In this document: piece after piece, positions 18,482 to 28,247 of the stretch | Layout: each line of letters opens with the position of its first letter | Position numbering within the stretch: the first letter of the stretch is position 1 | IMG/VR virus record: IMGVR_UViG_3300036822_000287 | Coordinates: 1 to 53,686 of that record | Reading direction: 5' to 3' (one strand) | DNA from: a virus | Taxonomy: Duplodnaviria; Caudoviricetes | Length of the DNA stretch: 53,686 nt | The notes under the pieces: generated by a model | Told to the model about the DNA's origin: nothing | The model's database searches: none | Seen by the model: the letters and a program-made list of their open reading frames with translations, nothing else | Translations under genes and position numbers: made by a program

Positions 18482-20476
18482 GTGAGCAGTGTGTGGGTAA
18501 CAGCCAAAGAATGTGTTGACCTTCCGGGATTTGCCAGCCGGGCGCATAACGTCAGGATCAAGCTGGATAAACTGATTCAGTCAAATGCTGAAATGCGCCG
18601 TAAAAAAGAAGGCAGCAAGGAGTTCGAATATCTCGTTACCTGCCTTCCTAAACCTGCGCAGGATGCCCTTTTCAAGCGCCAGATGCTTGAGAAAGTCAGC
18701 AAGGCACCGGCTTTGGCGAAAACTGAACTGGTCATCACTGATTTAACTAAAGCCCAGCGCATTTGTGCTGACGCCCGTGCGGCGCTTTGTAAGGCTGTTG
18801 TCGACCTTGAGATAGAAACCTGTGCAGCGAGAACGAAAGTTATCGCCCATGTGGTCAGCGATATCTCACTCGGTATCGCGTCACCTGAACTGCTGGAACT
18901 GGCGCAAAAAGCCAATGCCCGCCCGACAGGTAAAGTGAAACTGGGAGCCAGAACGCTTAACGGCTGGCTGCTGGAATACTGCAAGGCATCAGGCCCATCA
19001 GAAGTGCTGACCCGACTGGCCCCTCGCCCGTCCCGCAGTAAGGTCAAACCAATACAGGTGCCATGGTTTACCCGTTTTATGGCGTTTTATCGTGACCCAC
19101 GCGGCCTGCCTGCCACTGAAGTCTACGAAGAATTTAAGGAGGACTGGATGAAGTATTACAACGACCAGCCATTGCTACTCTCCGCAGTACCCAGCTATGA
19201 CGCGGTTTTACGTATGCTGCGCAAGCTGCCAAAAGTCGAATCACTACGTGGACGTGTGACTGGCAGCGCCTGGCGAGCACTACAGCCTTATGTGCGCCGC
19301 GACTGGTCTGTACTCAAAACCAACGACGTCTGGATCGGTGATGGTCATGGCATGAAGATGACCGTGCGTCACCCTGAACACGGTCAACGTTTCAAGCCTG
19401 AGCTGACGTTGATTATCGACGGCGTAACCCGCTATATCGTTGGCTGGAGTATTTCTTACTCCGAGAATGTGATCGCGGTATCGGATGCGATGCGTCACGC
19501 CATCGAACAAAACGGTGTGCCGCTGTTCTATTACTCAGATAACGGTGCAGGCCAGACCGCTAAGCCTCTGGACGCGGAGGTTACAGGTATGCTTCCCCGT
19601 CTCGGTATTGGTCATGAAACCGGTATTCCAGGTAATCCACAGGGTCGCGGCATTATCGAGCGCGTCCACAAAACAATCCTTATCCGTGTGGCGCGTAAGT
19701 TCCAGACCTTCAATGGCGGCAGTGCAGATCGCGAATGGGTTCGCGCCACCAGCGTAGCCATTGATTCAGCGTTAAATGCTGAGAAGAACGGTAAAGAACT
19801 GACCATCAAACAGTCCAATGACCTTAAGAAGTTACCGTCATGGCAGCAGCTGATTGACGCCGTAGAAGAAGGCATTGAGTGGTACAACACCCGACACGAG
19901 CATTCAGAGCTTCCGAAGCGTGCTAACGGCAAGCACTACACCCCGGCACAGTATCGTGCCGAACAGCTGCAGATGGTTGAATTGCACTATCTGACTGATG
20001 CAGAGAAGCGCGATATGTTCCGCCCTTCCTTTGAGGTATCTACCCGCAATGGTGAAGTCCGGCACCTCAACAATATTTATTTCTCTGATGCGCTGGCTTC
20101 ATATCATGGCGAGAAAGTACATATATTCGTCGATATCCACGACGCAAATAGCGTAACAGTGCGCACGCTTGACGGCGTATTCATTTGCGAAGCGGCCTGG
20201 AATGGTAATAAGAAAGCGGCATTCCCGGTCACTATGGTTGAGAACAAACGCGAAGAACGCGCCATTGGTATCAAGAAACGTGCAGAGAAAGTTATTGAGA
20301 AAGCAGAAGCTGAGCTTTATCCGAATCGTACTATCGAACACGCCCCTGATTTCAGCCAACTAGCCGGACCGGTGCCAGTACCTGCATTTGAAGCCGTCGA
20401 GGAAGAACCAGAATTTTTCTTCCCTTCTGAAAGGGCCAAATGGGAAGAAGAACAGCGGAAAAAGAAAGCGGGCTGA
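18482..20476 (+). CDS. MuA-like DDE transposase
   Basis: N-terminal WVTAKE DNA-binding region; WIGDGH, YSDNG and GIIER catalytic motifs. Confidence 0.95.
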   Translation: MSSVWVTAKECVDLPGFASRAHNVRIKLDKLIQSNAEMRRKKEGSKEFEYLVTCLPKPAQDALFKRQMLEKVSKAPALAKTELVITDLTKAQRICADARAALCKAVVDLEIETCAARTKVIAHVVSDISLGIASPELLELAQKANARPTGKVKLGARTLNGWLLEYCKASGPSEVLTRLAPRPSRSKVKPIQVPWFTRFMAFYRDPRGLPATEVYEEFKEDWMKYYNDQPLLLSAVPSYDAVLRMLRKLPKVESLRGRVTGSAWRALQPYVRRDWSVLKTNDVWIGDGHGMKMTVRHPEHGQRFKPELTLIIDGVTRYIVGWSISYSENVIAVSDAMRHAIEQNGVPLFYYSDNGAGQTAKPLDAEVTGMLPRLGIGHETGIPGNPQGRGIIERVHKTILIRVARKFQTFNGGSADREWVRATSVAIDSALNAEKNGKELTIKQSNDLKKLPSWQQLIDAVEEGIEWYNTRHEHSELPKRANGKHYTPAQYRAEQLQMVELHYLTDAEKRDMFRPSFEVSTRNGEVRHLNNIYFSDALASYHGEKVHIFVDIHDANSVTVRTLDGVFICEAAWNGNKKAAFPVTMVENKREERAIGIKKRAEKVIEKAEAELYPNRTIEHAPDFSQLAGPVPVPAFEAVEEEPEFFFPSERAKWEEEQRKKKAG

Positions 20477-20510
20477 CACTTTTTAAACGTATTTATAAGA
20501 GGTTTTAAAA

Positions 20511-21404
20511 ATGAGCAATTATGCAGAACAATTGGCATCGCTGATGTCCCGCCGCGAGTGGAGTCAGGGCGATGTGGCGAAAAAAATCGGTATGAGTCAC
20601 GGGGCCGTGAGTACCTTTTTGAGCGGCAACTACAAAGGCAATCTTGCCAGTATTACTGAAAAAGTTGGCAGCCTTATTCGTAAAGAGAATAAAAAAGACG
20701 GCCTGACCAGCGTTCAGACTGGCTTTGTCATGACTGAAACAGCGGTACAAATGGAGTTTGTTGCAGATTCTGCCCGAGATGATGGTGAAATTGTTGTCAT
20801 CCATGGCGGCGCAGGTCTCGGTAAAACCAGCTTTTTGATGCACTACGCCAACAAGCACCCCGATACCATCCTGATTGAAACGGATCCCAGTTTTACAGCT
20901 CGTGGAATGCTGGAAGAACTTTGCAAAAAACTGGATGTAAAAAAGCGGGGAAACATGCATACCCTGACCAATGAGATTATCGAAAAGCTGAAAGGTTCAG
21001 GGCATGTTCTGTTAGTGGATGAAGCAGAACTCCTGCCGTATCGGGCACTGGAAGTGGTCCGCCGTATCCATGATAAAACGGGCGTTGGGGTGGTGCTGGT
21101 TGGCCTTAATCGTCTTCTTGTCAATCTTAAAGGACGTCGGGGTGAATTTCTTCAGTTATACAGCCGCGTCGGTTGTTGTCTGGATATAGGCAATGAGCTG
21201 CCAGTGGACGACATTCACGCCATTACACGTCAGGTGATTTCATATTGTGATGAATCACTTCTTTCAAAATTTTATGAGCAATCAGGGGGTAACGCCCGAC
21301 GTCTTGCCAAACTGATTAGCGGTTCCGTTCGCATGGCTGAGCGCAATAAAGGTCGCGTCGGTCTTAAAACGGTAGATAAATTTGCTGAAATGTTAATCAA
21401 GTAA
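20511..21404 (+). CDS. MuB-like AAA+ transposition ATPase
   Basis: N-terminal HTH; Walker A GGAGLGKT, Walker B LLVDEAE, LYSRVG and GNAR motifs. Confidence 0.93.
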   Translation: MSNYAEQLASLMSRREWSQGDVAKKIGMSHGAVSTFLSGNYKGNLASITEKVGSLIRKENKKDGLTSVQTGFVMTETAVQMEFVADSARDDGEIVVIHGGAGLGKTSFLMHYANKHPDTILIETDPSFTARGMLEELCKKLDVKKRGNMHTLTNEIIEKLKGSGHVLLVDEAELLPYRALEVVRRIHDKTGVGVVLVGLNRLLVNLKGRRGEFLQLYSRVGCCLDIGNELPVDDIHAITRQVISYCDESLLSKFYEQSGGNARRLAKLISGSVRMAERNKGRVGLKTVDKFAEMLIK

Positions 21405-21415
21405 GGGCCTTCATT

Positions 21416-21658
21416 ATGATGACCGATACGAAATTATCCTCCCTCGTAGGGGCTGGCCTGAGAGTTCGGCACCTGTTACGTAAAAAGGGATGCCATGAAG
21501 TGAAGACCTATTTCTTTAATCGCCGCCCAATGATTGAGGTAACTTGCCCACCAGCAGAGTTACTGGCACATGCAGAGCGGAATACTGAGAGCCATAACGG
21601 TATCACCCGTAGCGTATGGATGGCATCTTATTGCGGCTGCTTTATTATCTGGCGCTAA
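21416..21658 (+). CDS. Mu-like early hypothetical protein
   Basis: 80-aa ORF after B ending in the GC.I.W motif seen in such phages. Confidence 0.65.
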   Translation: MMTDTKLSSLVGAGLRVRHLLRKKGCHEVKTYFFNRRPMIEVTCPPAELLAHAERNTESHNGITRSVWMASYCGCFIIWR

Positions 21659-21734
21659 TAAAATTGATATTTAACTGCTTATTTAAAGCATATTTAACAA
21701 CGTAATATTTAATCAACAAAGAAGGTAATTAATT

Positions 21735-22430
21735 ATGACTCACGACACTGTCGCGGCATCCCCACGCCAGAATGGCAACAATAGCGCTATTTCTCAGCAG
21801 GAGAATAAACAGTACACCAATATCGCATCACCGGATGGTTACTGGACTGATGCGCGTGGCGTGCTTACGCCTGAGCGTCTCATCAAACCAGTGGACAAGT
21901 TGCGTGACCAGCTCGTTGGCGAGATTGTGGAACGCGCTCTGGCCCTGAATAAGGCGCTGACAGACTTCAAAATTAACGGCTTTGCTGATATCGCGGCCTT
22001 TATTGACCTGTCCTCAAGTGAATACGGTGTCAATCTCGGTGGCAAAAAAGGCAATGTCACGCTGTATACCTTTGATGGTCGTTACAAGATCCAGCGAGCT
22101 ATGCAGGAGCGTATCGCCTTTGATGAGCGTATCCAGGCAGCTAAAGCGTTGATTGACCAGTGTCTGGCTGGCTGGACTGAGAAAGCTGGCCCTGAGATTA
22201 AAATCATCGCCAGTGAAGCGTTTGCCACTGATAAGGAAGGTAACATCAATACCTCCCGTATTCTCGGTCTGCGCCGCTATGACATTAAGGATGAGCGCTG
22301 GCTCCAGGCAATGACGGCAATTAGTGAGGCTGTTCAGGTTATCGGCAGCAAAAGCTATATCCGTGTCTATGAGCGTGTTGGCGATTCTGACGAGTATCGT
22401 TCTGTTTCACTGGATATCGCGGGGGTGTAA
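21735..22430 (+). CDS. DUF3164 family protein
   Basis: GYW.DA.G.L.P..IKP.D, GGKKGNVTL.TFDG and SKSYIR.YER motifs. Confidence 0.88.
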   Translation: MTHDTVAASPRQNGNNSAISQQENKQYTNIASPDGYWTDARGVLTPERLIKPVDKLRDQLVGEIVERALALNKALTDFKINGFADIAAFIDLSSSEYGVNLGGKKGNVTLYTFDGRYKIQRAMQERIAFDERIQAAKALIDQCLAGWTEKAGPEIKIIASEAFATDKEGNINTSRILGLRRYDIKDERWLQAMTAISEAVQVIGSKSYIRVYERVGDSDEYRSVSLDIAGV

Positions 22431-22633
22431 TGAACGCCACGCAATTTAATCAGTGTTACCCGGTGGGTAAGGTGATTTTTATTCATCAGCCCCATAGCGA
22501 TGTGACCTATGGGCGTGAAGTGAAAACAGTCGCAATTGCCCGTGACTTTCCATGCGGGACCATTGTTGAAATTAATGTTGAGCCGTATTTCGCCAAAGTT
22601 GAAACGTTAATTCCGGCAAATCGTTTCGGGTAG
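22430..22633 (+). CDS. Phage hypothetical protein
   Basis: Coupled ORF with an FN..YPVG domain. Confidence 0.65.
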   Translation: MNATQFNQCYPVGKVIFIHQPHSDVTYGREVKTVAIARDFPCGTIVEINVEPYFAKVETLIPANRFG

Positions 22634-22689
22634 CGCACTCAGCTATTACCACCAGCGCAGGACTGCCTGCGCTGCTTACCGGAGTCAGT

Positions 22690-22923
22690 ATGGGTAAGCA
22701 TCGTTATTTAAATTGTCGCGGGCGCATTCCGAACCGGATACGCAGACTCGCTATGCATCGACTCAGTGATTATCGCCAGCAGTTTATTGGGCATCGCGTC
22801 ACGCGCAATAAAGGTCACTGGGTCATTAACGTAACACGTAATTATCGGCTGCTGTCCCGTAATCAGGGGCGATGGTGGTTTTTAATGCCGCACAGTCTTT
22901 ATGACATTGAGGTGGATTTATGA
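22690..22923 (+). CDS. ParE/RelE-like small basic protein
   Basis: GGAG RBS; I.V..YRLLSR..G..W.LM.H..Y motif of phage ParE-like proteins. Confidence 0.6.
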   Translation: MGKHRYLNCRGRIPNRIRRLAMHRLSDYRQQFIGHRVTRNKGHWVINVTRNYRLLSRNQGRWWFLMPHSLYDIEVDL

Positions 22924-23357
22924 AATATGATACCGCGAAGGAATTTAATGAAAATATACCAATTCACAGCGCTGTTATTTACACCTCGCTACGAGGTGAT
23001 AAACGCCAGACCACGCTTAAGGGCTGCGCCCGTGTGATGACCGGCGGTGCCATCGTGGCGCAGGTTACAGGTGTCTTTGGTGAAGTTGATATCGCACGCA
23101 TTGAACTGCTGACTCTGGTCAATGTAAAGCAATACGGTGTTGTCAGAACGGCAGATGATTTTAATGCCATCTATCCCGTTGGCACCACGTTCAATTACTA
23201 CCCGTTCACAGACAGCGAAGAATATCGCGTTGTCACCACTGTTTCGACGGCGTGGTTGATAGGTCGTGAGCCTGTGGTCTCTGTGTCAGGTATGAGTGGC
23301 GGCGTGAGCATTCACCGTCTTGAAGCGGTTTTAAATGCTCAGGAGAGGCTCGCGTAA
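22920..23357 (+). CDS. Phage hypothetical protein with two tandem FN..YP.G domains
   Basis: Internal repeat TAKEFNENIPI / TADDFNAIYPVG. Confidence 0.65.
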   Translation: MKYDTAKEFNENIPIHSAVIYTSLRGDKRQTTLKGCARVMTGGAIVAQVTGVFGEVDIARIELLTLVNVKQYGVVRTADDFNAIYPVGTTFNYYPFTDSEEYRVVTTVSTAWLIGREPVVSVSGMSGGVSIHRLEAVLNAQERLA

Positions 23358-23647
23358 TGGCAAAAGTCTACATCGCAGGTCCGATGACGGGCCTGCCTGA
23401 TTACAACCGCCCGGCGTTCTTCACTGCCGAAACGGTGTTGCAGGAATACGGCCATACCGTCCTCAACCCGGCAGTGCTGCCCGATGGCCTGGAGTATTGC
23501 GAATACATGCGAATTAGTAAGGCCATGTTGATGTGCGCCGACAGTATTTATTTGCTGGAAGGCTGGGAAAACTCTAAAGGCGCTATTACCGAGAAGATGC
23601 TGGTGATGGCATTAAATCTGGCAATTGAATATCAGGCAGGTAATTGA
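23357..23647 (+). CDS. DUF4406 (nucleoside 2-deoxyribosyltransferase-like) protein
   Basis: KVYIAGPMTG..N..AF, NPA.L and GWE.S.GA..E motifs. Confidence 0.85.
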   Translation: MAKVYIAGPMTGLPDYNRPAFFTAETVLQEYGHTVLNPAVLPDGLEYCEYMRISKAMLMCADSIYLLEGWENSKGAITEKMLVMALNLAIEYQAGN

Positions 23648-23965
23648 ATGACCGATAACAAGCTAACAGATAGGCGCTTAGAGCAATTTACGAAAAAGCA
23701 ATTTACACCAGATGGCGTGGAGCCATTCATACCTATGGGGAGTGAGGTCGTGTTGATGGCTTGCGAGCTTCAACAGTACCGCAAATCCTCCGCGCCAGAA
23801 CTGAAAATGGCAAACCTCATCAACAAGTTCTACAAGCGCTATCCGTTTGAGACATTCAAAAGCGATAGCGAACGCTCTGAGGCTCTTGGTTATTTCATTG
23901 CTGGCGCGGAATTACAGTGTTTTGGCGGATTTGTTAAATACGAGGATCTGTACGGTGATGAATAA
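23648..23965 (+). CDS. Ead/Eaa-like phage accessory protein
   Basis: LT..RL..MA.ELQQYRK module. Confidence 0.6.
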   Translation: MTDNKLTDRRLEQFTKKQFTPDGVEPFIPMGSEVVLMACELQQYRKSSAPELKMANLINKFYKRYPFETFKSDSERSEALGYFIAGAELQCFGGFVKYEDLYGDE

Positions 23966-24899
23966 TAACCTACCGGGCGAACTTATTGGCGAGCTAATCG
24001 CTCAATATGAAAACGACGGATTCAACGACATATCAGATAGCGAAATGATGCGAGCGTTATACGAGCTTCAGCAATACCGTAAAGCGGCAGGTGAGCCAGT
24101 CGTCAGCGTAATTTTCAAGGGTGGGTGGCCTGAACCTAACTCAGCAGCTCCTATCGCTGGCTCTCAAGCTTTGCTTGATGGGGTTCATGAATTCTACCTC
24201 GGTTCACAACCTGCGCCGGTATTTCCGAATGAAGCACAGTTACGCGATTTATTCGAGGCTTGGTTCGCATCAGATTGTTCGTTTGATCGTTCGCCTGAAG
24301 CAACGGACGATGATAACTATGCCTGGAAAGAATCACTTTGGCATACATGGCAGCAATGTCGGGCCGCCATGCTCAACCATTCCGGTGATGCCAGCGAAAA
24401 GGTCGATGCATCCCTCATCAGTGAGGGTAACAACCAGGCAGGTAACTCGTCGGTAAGCATCAGGGCTGAATTTCAAACGATGATGGAGTCAGCACCGCAG
24501 CAATCATTGTTGCCCCATCACATCCGAGAACTGGTTAATGAGCTGCGCGATGTTGCAATCGAATGTCATGGTAAGCAGCAGCTGCGTGAGAGAATTGCTC
24601 GCATTGTAAACAAATACGTGGCGATTGGTGCAAAAACTGAAATTCGTCAACCAGAAATTGGTGCGGAAACGCGAATTTGTCAACCAACGCAGGGTGAATG
24701 GATTAAGTGCAGCGAGAGGATGCCGGAAGAGCATGAGCCTGTGCTGGTGCATCAGGAAGGTGGTGTGATTTTCTGCGCAGAGCATGAAGATGGTGAGTTC
24801 TATCCCGACGAATTCCCGAACGTGCCAAAGCAAGGATGTGAAATCACCCACTGGATGCCACTGCCAATCGCACCGACGCAAGATAGCCGGAGGCGATAA
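23958..24899 (+). CDS. Eaa-like protein with C-terminal DUF551
   Basis: WIKCSERMP..VLV..ITHWMPLP..P motif; start at 23958 inferred. Confidence 0.8.
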   Translation: MNNNLPGELIGELIAQYENDGFNDISDSEMMRALYELQQYRKAAGEPVVSVIFKGGWPEPNSAAPIAGSQALLDGVHEFYLGSQPAPVFPNEAQLRDLFEAWFASDCSFDRSPEATDDDNYAWKESLWHTWQQCRAAMLNHSGDASEKVDASLISEGNNQAGNSSVSIRAEFQTMMESAPQQSLLPHHIRELVNELRDVAIECHGKQQLRERIARIVNKYVAIGAKTEIRQPEIGAETRICQPTQGEWIKCSERMPEEHEPVLVHQEGGVIFCAEHEDGEFYPDEFPNVPKQGCEITHWMPLPIAPTQDSRRR

Positions 24900-25363
24900 T
24901 GCAGCTTAAAAACCGCAACGCGTACTACGGGCTAATCCACAAAGGCCACGCCCTCCGTGCGGAGGCCGTGGCCGGTCAAAATCTTCTTCCTGGTGCAATG
25001 GATAATGCTTATCGTGCATGGCTGGCAGAGCGTACTGGCCAGCGCAGCTGCAAGGGGCTGACATTTGCCCAGTTGCAGGCACTACTGGATGAACTTATTG
25101 CTGGTGGCTGGCTCAAAGACCTCAGCAAAAATCGTCCCGGCGGCAAAATGTCAGACCGTCCTACCGACCAGCAGTGGCGCAAACTGGCAGCACTGACAAA
25201 GGTCATGGAATGGAAAGGTGGACTAAATGCGCATGAGTTGCGCACCTTCGTACAGCGCACGGCGAAGGTCTCAGGCACACGTTTTTTAACAAAAGTATCA
25301 ATCAGCCAGGTGATTACCGGGCTTGAGAACTGGATTGAAGGTGGTGGTCATGGGCAAAGGTAA
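24899..25363 (+). CDS. GemA/gp16-like (DUF1018) protein
   Basis: IH...D.AYRA.L...TG.RSC..L, L..FV.R and VI.GL..W motifs. Confidence 0.75.
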   Translation: MQLKNRNAYYGLIHKGHALRAEAVAGQNLLPGAMDNAYRAWLAERTGQRSCKGLTFAQLQALLDELIAGGWLKDLSKNRPGGKMSDRPTDQQWRKLAALTKVMEWKGGLNAHELRTFVQRTAKVSGTRFLTKVSISQVITGLENWIEGGGHGQR

Positions 25364-25964
25364 AGTATGGTCGGGTGCTGAAATTACCTTTTTGCGCAGA
25401 CATTACAGCGATATGCATGCACGGGATATTGCTACTGCGCTGGACCGATCTGAAAAATCAGTAAGGTCGAAGGCTGCCATGCTGGGTCTCAAGGCAAAAT
25501 CCCGCACCCACTCCCCGATAGCGAAAGTCCAGCAACTCAAGGCTGATGGGCTGACCATCGCTGAGATTGCCGAGCGCCTGCAACTGACCATTGGTCGTAT
25601 CTATTATTGTCTTTATAAGTGTGATCGTGCCAGTTCGCTGTACACCCCGCGCAGTATCACTATATGGACTGAAGAACGAGCCGAGAAACTGATTTGCCTC
25701 GCGAGAAAGAAAACGCCTACCAACATTATCGCGGAAAAACTGGGTGTCACAGTCTCCGCAGTTCACCATAAGGCCCATCAACTCAAAATTCATCTTCACG
25801 GAAACAGGCGCTATTCTCAGCGAGATATCGACCAGGTTCACCAGATGTGGAGCGCGGGTTGTTCGGTCCGGGAAATAGCCCGGAAGCTGGGTGGCCAGCC
25901 AACACTGATCAGCATGGTGCGCAGAATTCTTTCGAATGAGTCACCCTCATGGGAGGGAACATGA
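25350..25964 (+). CDS. Multi-HTH DNA-binding protein (candidate late activator)
   Basis: Four short HTH/Myb-like units (IA..LDRS..SV, IAERLQLT, IAEKLGVT, IARKLG). Confidence 0.65.
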   Translation: MGKGKVWSGAEITFLRRHYSDMHARDIATALDRSEKSVRSKAAMLGLKAKSRTHSPIAKVQQLKADGLTIAEIAERLQLTIGRIYYCLYKCDRASSLYTPRSITIWTEERAEKLICLARKKTPTNIIAEKLGVTVSAVHHKAHQLKIHLHGNRRYSQRDIDQVHQMWSAGCSVREIARKLGGQPTLISMVRRILSNESPSWEGT

Positions 25965-26221
25965 ATGTAAACCCCGACCACGTACTTTCAGTTATTACGT
26001 TCGAATCAGAGCAGGAGTTGGAAACGTTGCTTAATATGCGGTGGCCTGACCACCGCATCCCGGCGGTAGAGTTTCAGCAATTGACTGAAGGTATTCCAAA
26101 AATAAATAATCACGTCTGGCATCACCATACAGGTCTTGGTCGCAAGTGGTATAATACCCATGAAGTGGCTGAGCTTTTATGGAGACTGGCAGATGAAAAT
26201 ACGCGTGACCCCGATGAGTGA
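25961..26221 (+). CDS. Phage hypothetical protein
   Basis: GGAGG RBS, ATGA-coupled ORF. Confidence 0.6.
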   Translation: MNVNPDHVLSVITFESEQELETLLNMRWPDHRIPAVEFQQLTEGIPKINNHVWHHHTGLGRKWYNTHEVAELLWRLADENTRDPDE

Positions 26222-26420
26222 GCTGGATATGACGCTGGTCAATCCGGCGTCACTTCGACTGGTGGAGTGTTGCAAAGTGATTGGTGAGAGCCAGCGCAAT
26301 ATGTACCGCCGCATCAAGCGCAGAGAGTTCTTCGCCACTCGCCTTCAATCATGGCTGGTCTTTGTGATCGTCGATGAAGAGAAGGCGAAGCAGTCGCGAC
26401 CACAACTTGAATTGTTTTGA
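26214..26420 (+). CDS. Small HTH-like protein ending QLELF
   Basis: E...IGES.RN.YRRIK excisionase/HTH-like pattern; last gene before a terminator. Confidence 0.55.
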   Translation: MSELDMTLVNPASLRLVECCKVIGESQRNMYRRIKRREFFATRLQSWLVFVIVDEEKAKQSRPQLELF

Positions 26421-26449
26421 CCTGTTAGTTGCTTGTTTATTTTTGAATT

Positions 26450-26478
26450 AAGCAGCACTTTGAAAGTGCTGCTTTTTT
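26450..26478 (+). terminator. Terminator of the early/middle operon
   Basis: AAGCAGCACTTT-G-AAAGTGCTGCTT inverted repeat plus T tract. Confidence 0.8.
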
Positions 26479-26520
26479 ATTATCCAATATCGGTTAGTTT
26501 TAAATTTGACAGGTAATAAA

Positions 26521-27087
26521 ATGAGTAATGAAAAATCGAACCCCAGCACCTTGCTTTGGGCCGCGATTGGAGCAGCAATGTCCATATATTTCTTTCATGG
26601 GTATGGTCATGCAAAGCAAGTCAATGCCTACCAAAATATCGTACTTGGAAAGTCATGGCAGGAGATGAAGGCAGCGCATGTTTGCAGTTTTTCACCACCA
26701 ATAGGGATGAGTGACATGAACTCAAATGTAAACAAGGTGAAATACACCTCCTGCCCTGATTTCAATGCGTTTGGAAAACAAAGGACTGTAATGTTTGAAT
26801 TCATCGGTAATAAGCTAACAAAGGCAGTCATATTCATGGACTGGGGGGAGTGGAGACGCGTTTTCCCCGCACTAGAAAAGCAGTTTGGTTCTGCCGATAA
26901 AAAACTTACCAGCGAAGAAGTCGAGGCTCAGTCTGAAGATGCAGAGGGAACTTATCTACAAGTTAATTTTGGGCGAACAAAAAATATCTTTTACCATTTT
27001 GGTAATAATTTCACCTCGCAATTTGAAACGTTAGTTTTACAGACCACATCTCGAGAGTCAGATTTCAAGTCTGCTGCCCTTGAATAG
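26521..27087 (+). CDS. Moron: AT-rich hypothetical protein with an N-terminal membrane anchor
   Basis: Hydrophobic LLWAAIGAAMSIYFF segment; flanked by two terminators. Confidence 0.65.
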   Translation: MSNEKSNPSTLLWAAIGAAMSIYFFHGYGHAKQVNAYQNIVLGKSWQEMKAAHVCSFSPPIGMSDMNSNVNKVKYTSCPDFNAFGKQRTVMFEFIGNKLTKAVIFMDWGEWRRVFPALEKQFGSADKKLTSEEVEAQSEDAEGTYLQVNFGRTKNIFYHFGNNFTSQFETLVLQTTSRESDFKSAALE

Positions 27088-27091
27088 CATC

Positions 27092-27114
27092 AAGCCCCGA
27101 TCGGGGCTTTTTTT
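27092..27114 (+). terminator. Terminator between the moron and the convergent baseplate operon
   Basis: AAGCCCCG-AT-CGGGGCTT followed by a T tract. Confidence 0.75.
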
Positions 27115-28243
27115 ATAGTTCCGTCTCATCCACCACAGTCACATTGATCTGCCCAATGCTCACATCCGGGAACTGATCCTGCCCCAGTTGCTGATATTCC
27201 ACCGTGGTCTGAGCACGGTATACACCACCAATTGCCTGTACAACCGCCTCCAGTGCTTCCGGCACAATATCCCGCCCCAGCTTACCCCTCCAGCGGTTGG
27301 TTATCAGGGTCATGCGCTCTGCTGCGGTCTCCTGGATTTTGTCCGCAAGTGCTGCCGCCCCGCTGTAAATCTGAATGTTCATATCCCCGGTGGCGCTGAC
27401 CGGCTGGGATGTGACAACGCTGACCCGGTCGCCCAGTGGGCGTACGGTCTTGTCTGAGCACTTATCAAGGATGGCTTGCTGCAGTGCATCATCGGGCACC
27501 ACTCCGCCCTCCAGTACCGCACAGATGGAGATATCGTTCGGGTATGGACTCCAGACTGATACATCAGAGATGGCAGCGCTGGCGCTGCGGGTGAAGTACT
27601 CATAGGCATCATACGGACCGGCCACACTGAACTTGCTGGGAGCCAGCCAGATGCGGCGGGCGTAGCGGTCATCATCTTCGGTATCCGCGCCGCCCTGTGC
27701 TCTGGTGGTGTTGGTGACCGTGATGACGTACGGGTTCTGCGTCAGAGGTGTGGAGATTTCACCGGGCAAAAACTTATTGCCATCTTCGCCGGGCGTGGTG
27801 GCCGTGAGCATGGTGTCAACACTGACGGCGCCTGCCGGAACGTCGATATCATCCGTGGTCGCAAAGACCGTCACGCCGTCATCGGCCTGCACTTCGAAAC
27901 CCGCCGCAATGGTAGTGTCCGGGTGGTCATCCGTCAGCGTGATGGTGGCACTGGTGGTGGCGGGTGCGGCAGGCAGGCGCGGGGTTTCAGTCAGTGCGCC
28001 GAGGTTGTCCAGGTTGTCGCCAGTGGCATACCCGAGCAGGTTCTGCTGCGCGGTCTCGTTGATATCATCTACCACCAGCTCGCGTTCGTGAGCGAGCTCT
28101 TCCAGCAGGAACGTCTCCGGGTCGTTAGTATCCGGGTAGTGACCGGTCAGCGCTTTATATTCAGTTTTAACCCGCTTTAACGTGCCGTCGTAATCCGGTT
28201 CAATGATGACCGGGGGCGGTATTTGGGGAAAACGGTCACTCAT
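27113..28243 (-). CDS. Baseplate J protein (P2 gpJ-like)
   Basis: QNLL.YA.G..LD.LG, GGAD.E.DD.Y..RI..AP..FSVAGP..AY and VRPL.DRV motifs. Confidence 0.9.
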   Translation of the reverse strand: MSDRFPQIPPPVIIEPDYDGTLKRVKTEYKALTGHYPDTNDPETFLLEELAHERELVVDDINETAQQNLLGYATGDNLDNLGALTETPRLPAAPATTSATITLTDDHPDTTIAAGFEVQADDGVTVFATTDDIDVPAGAVSVDTMLTATTPGEDGNKFLPGEISTPLTQNPYVITVTNTTRAQGGADTEDDDRYARRIWLAPSKFSVAGPYDAYEYFTRSASAAISDVSVWSPYPNDISICAVLEGGVVPDDALQQAILDKCSDKTVRPLGDRVSVVTSQPVSATGDMNIQIYSGAAALADKIQETAAERMTLITNRWRGKLGRDIVPEALEAVVQAIGGVYRAQTTVEYQQLGQDQFPDVSIGQINVTVVDETEL

Positions 28244-28247
28244 ATGA

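Noticed and set aside
22653-22674. GC hairpin CAGCGCAGG/CCTGCGCTG
   Set aside because: No T tract and mid-operon, so not called as a terminator.
24624-24686. 33-bp imperfect tandem repeat (IGAKTEIRQPE/IGAETRICQP)
   Set aside because: Only two copies inside a mosaic Eaa-like gene; not a CRISPR or DGR repeat.
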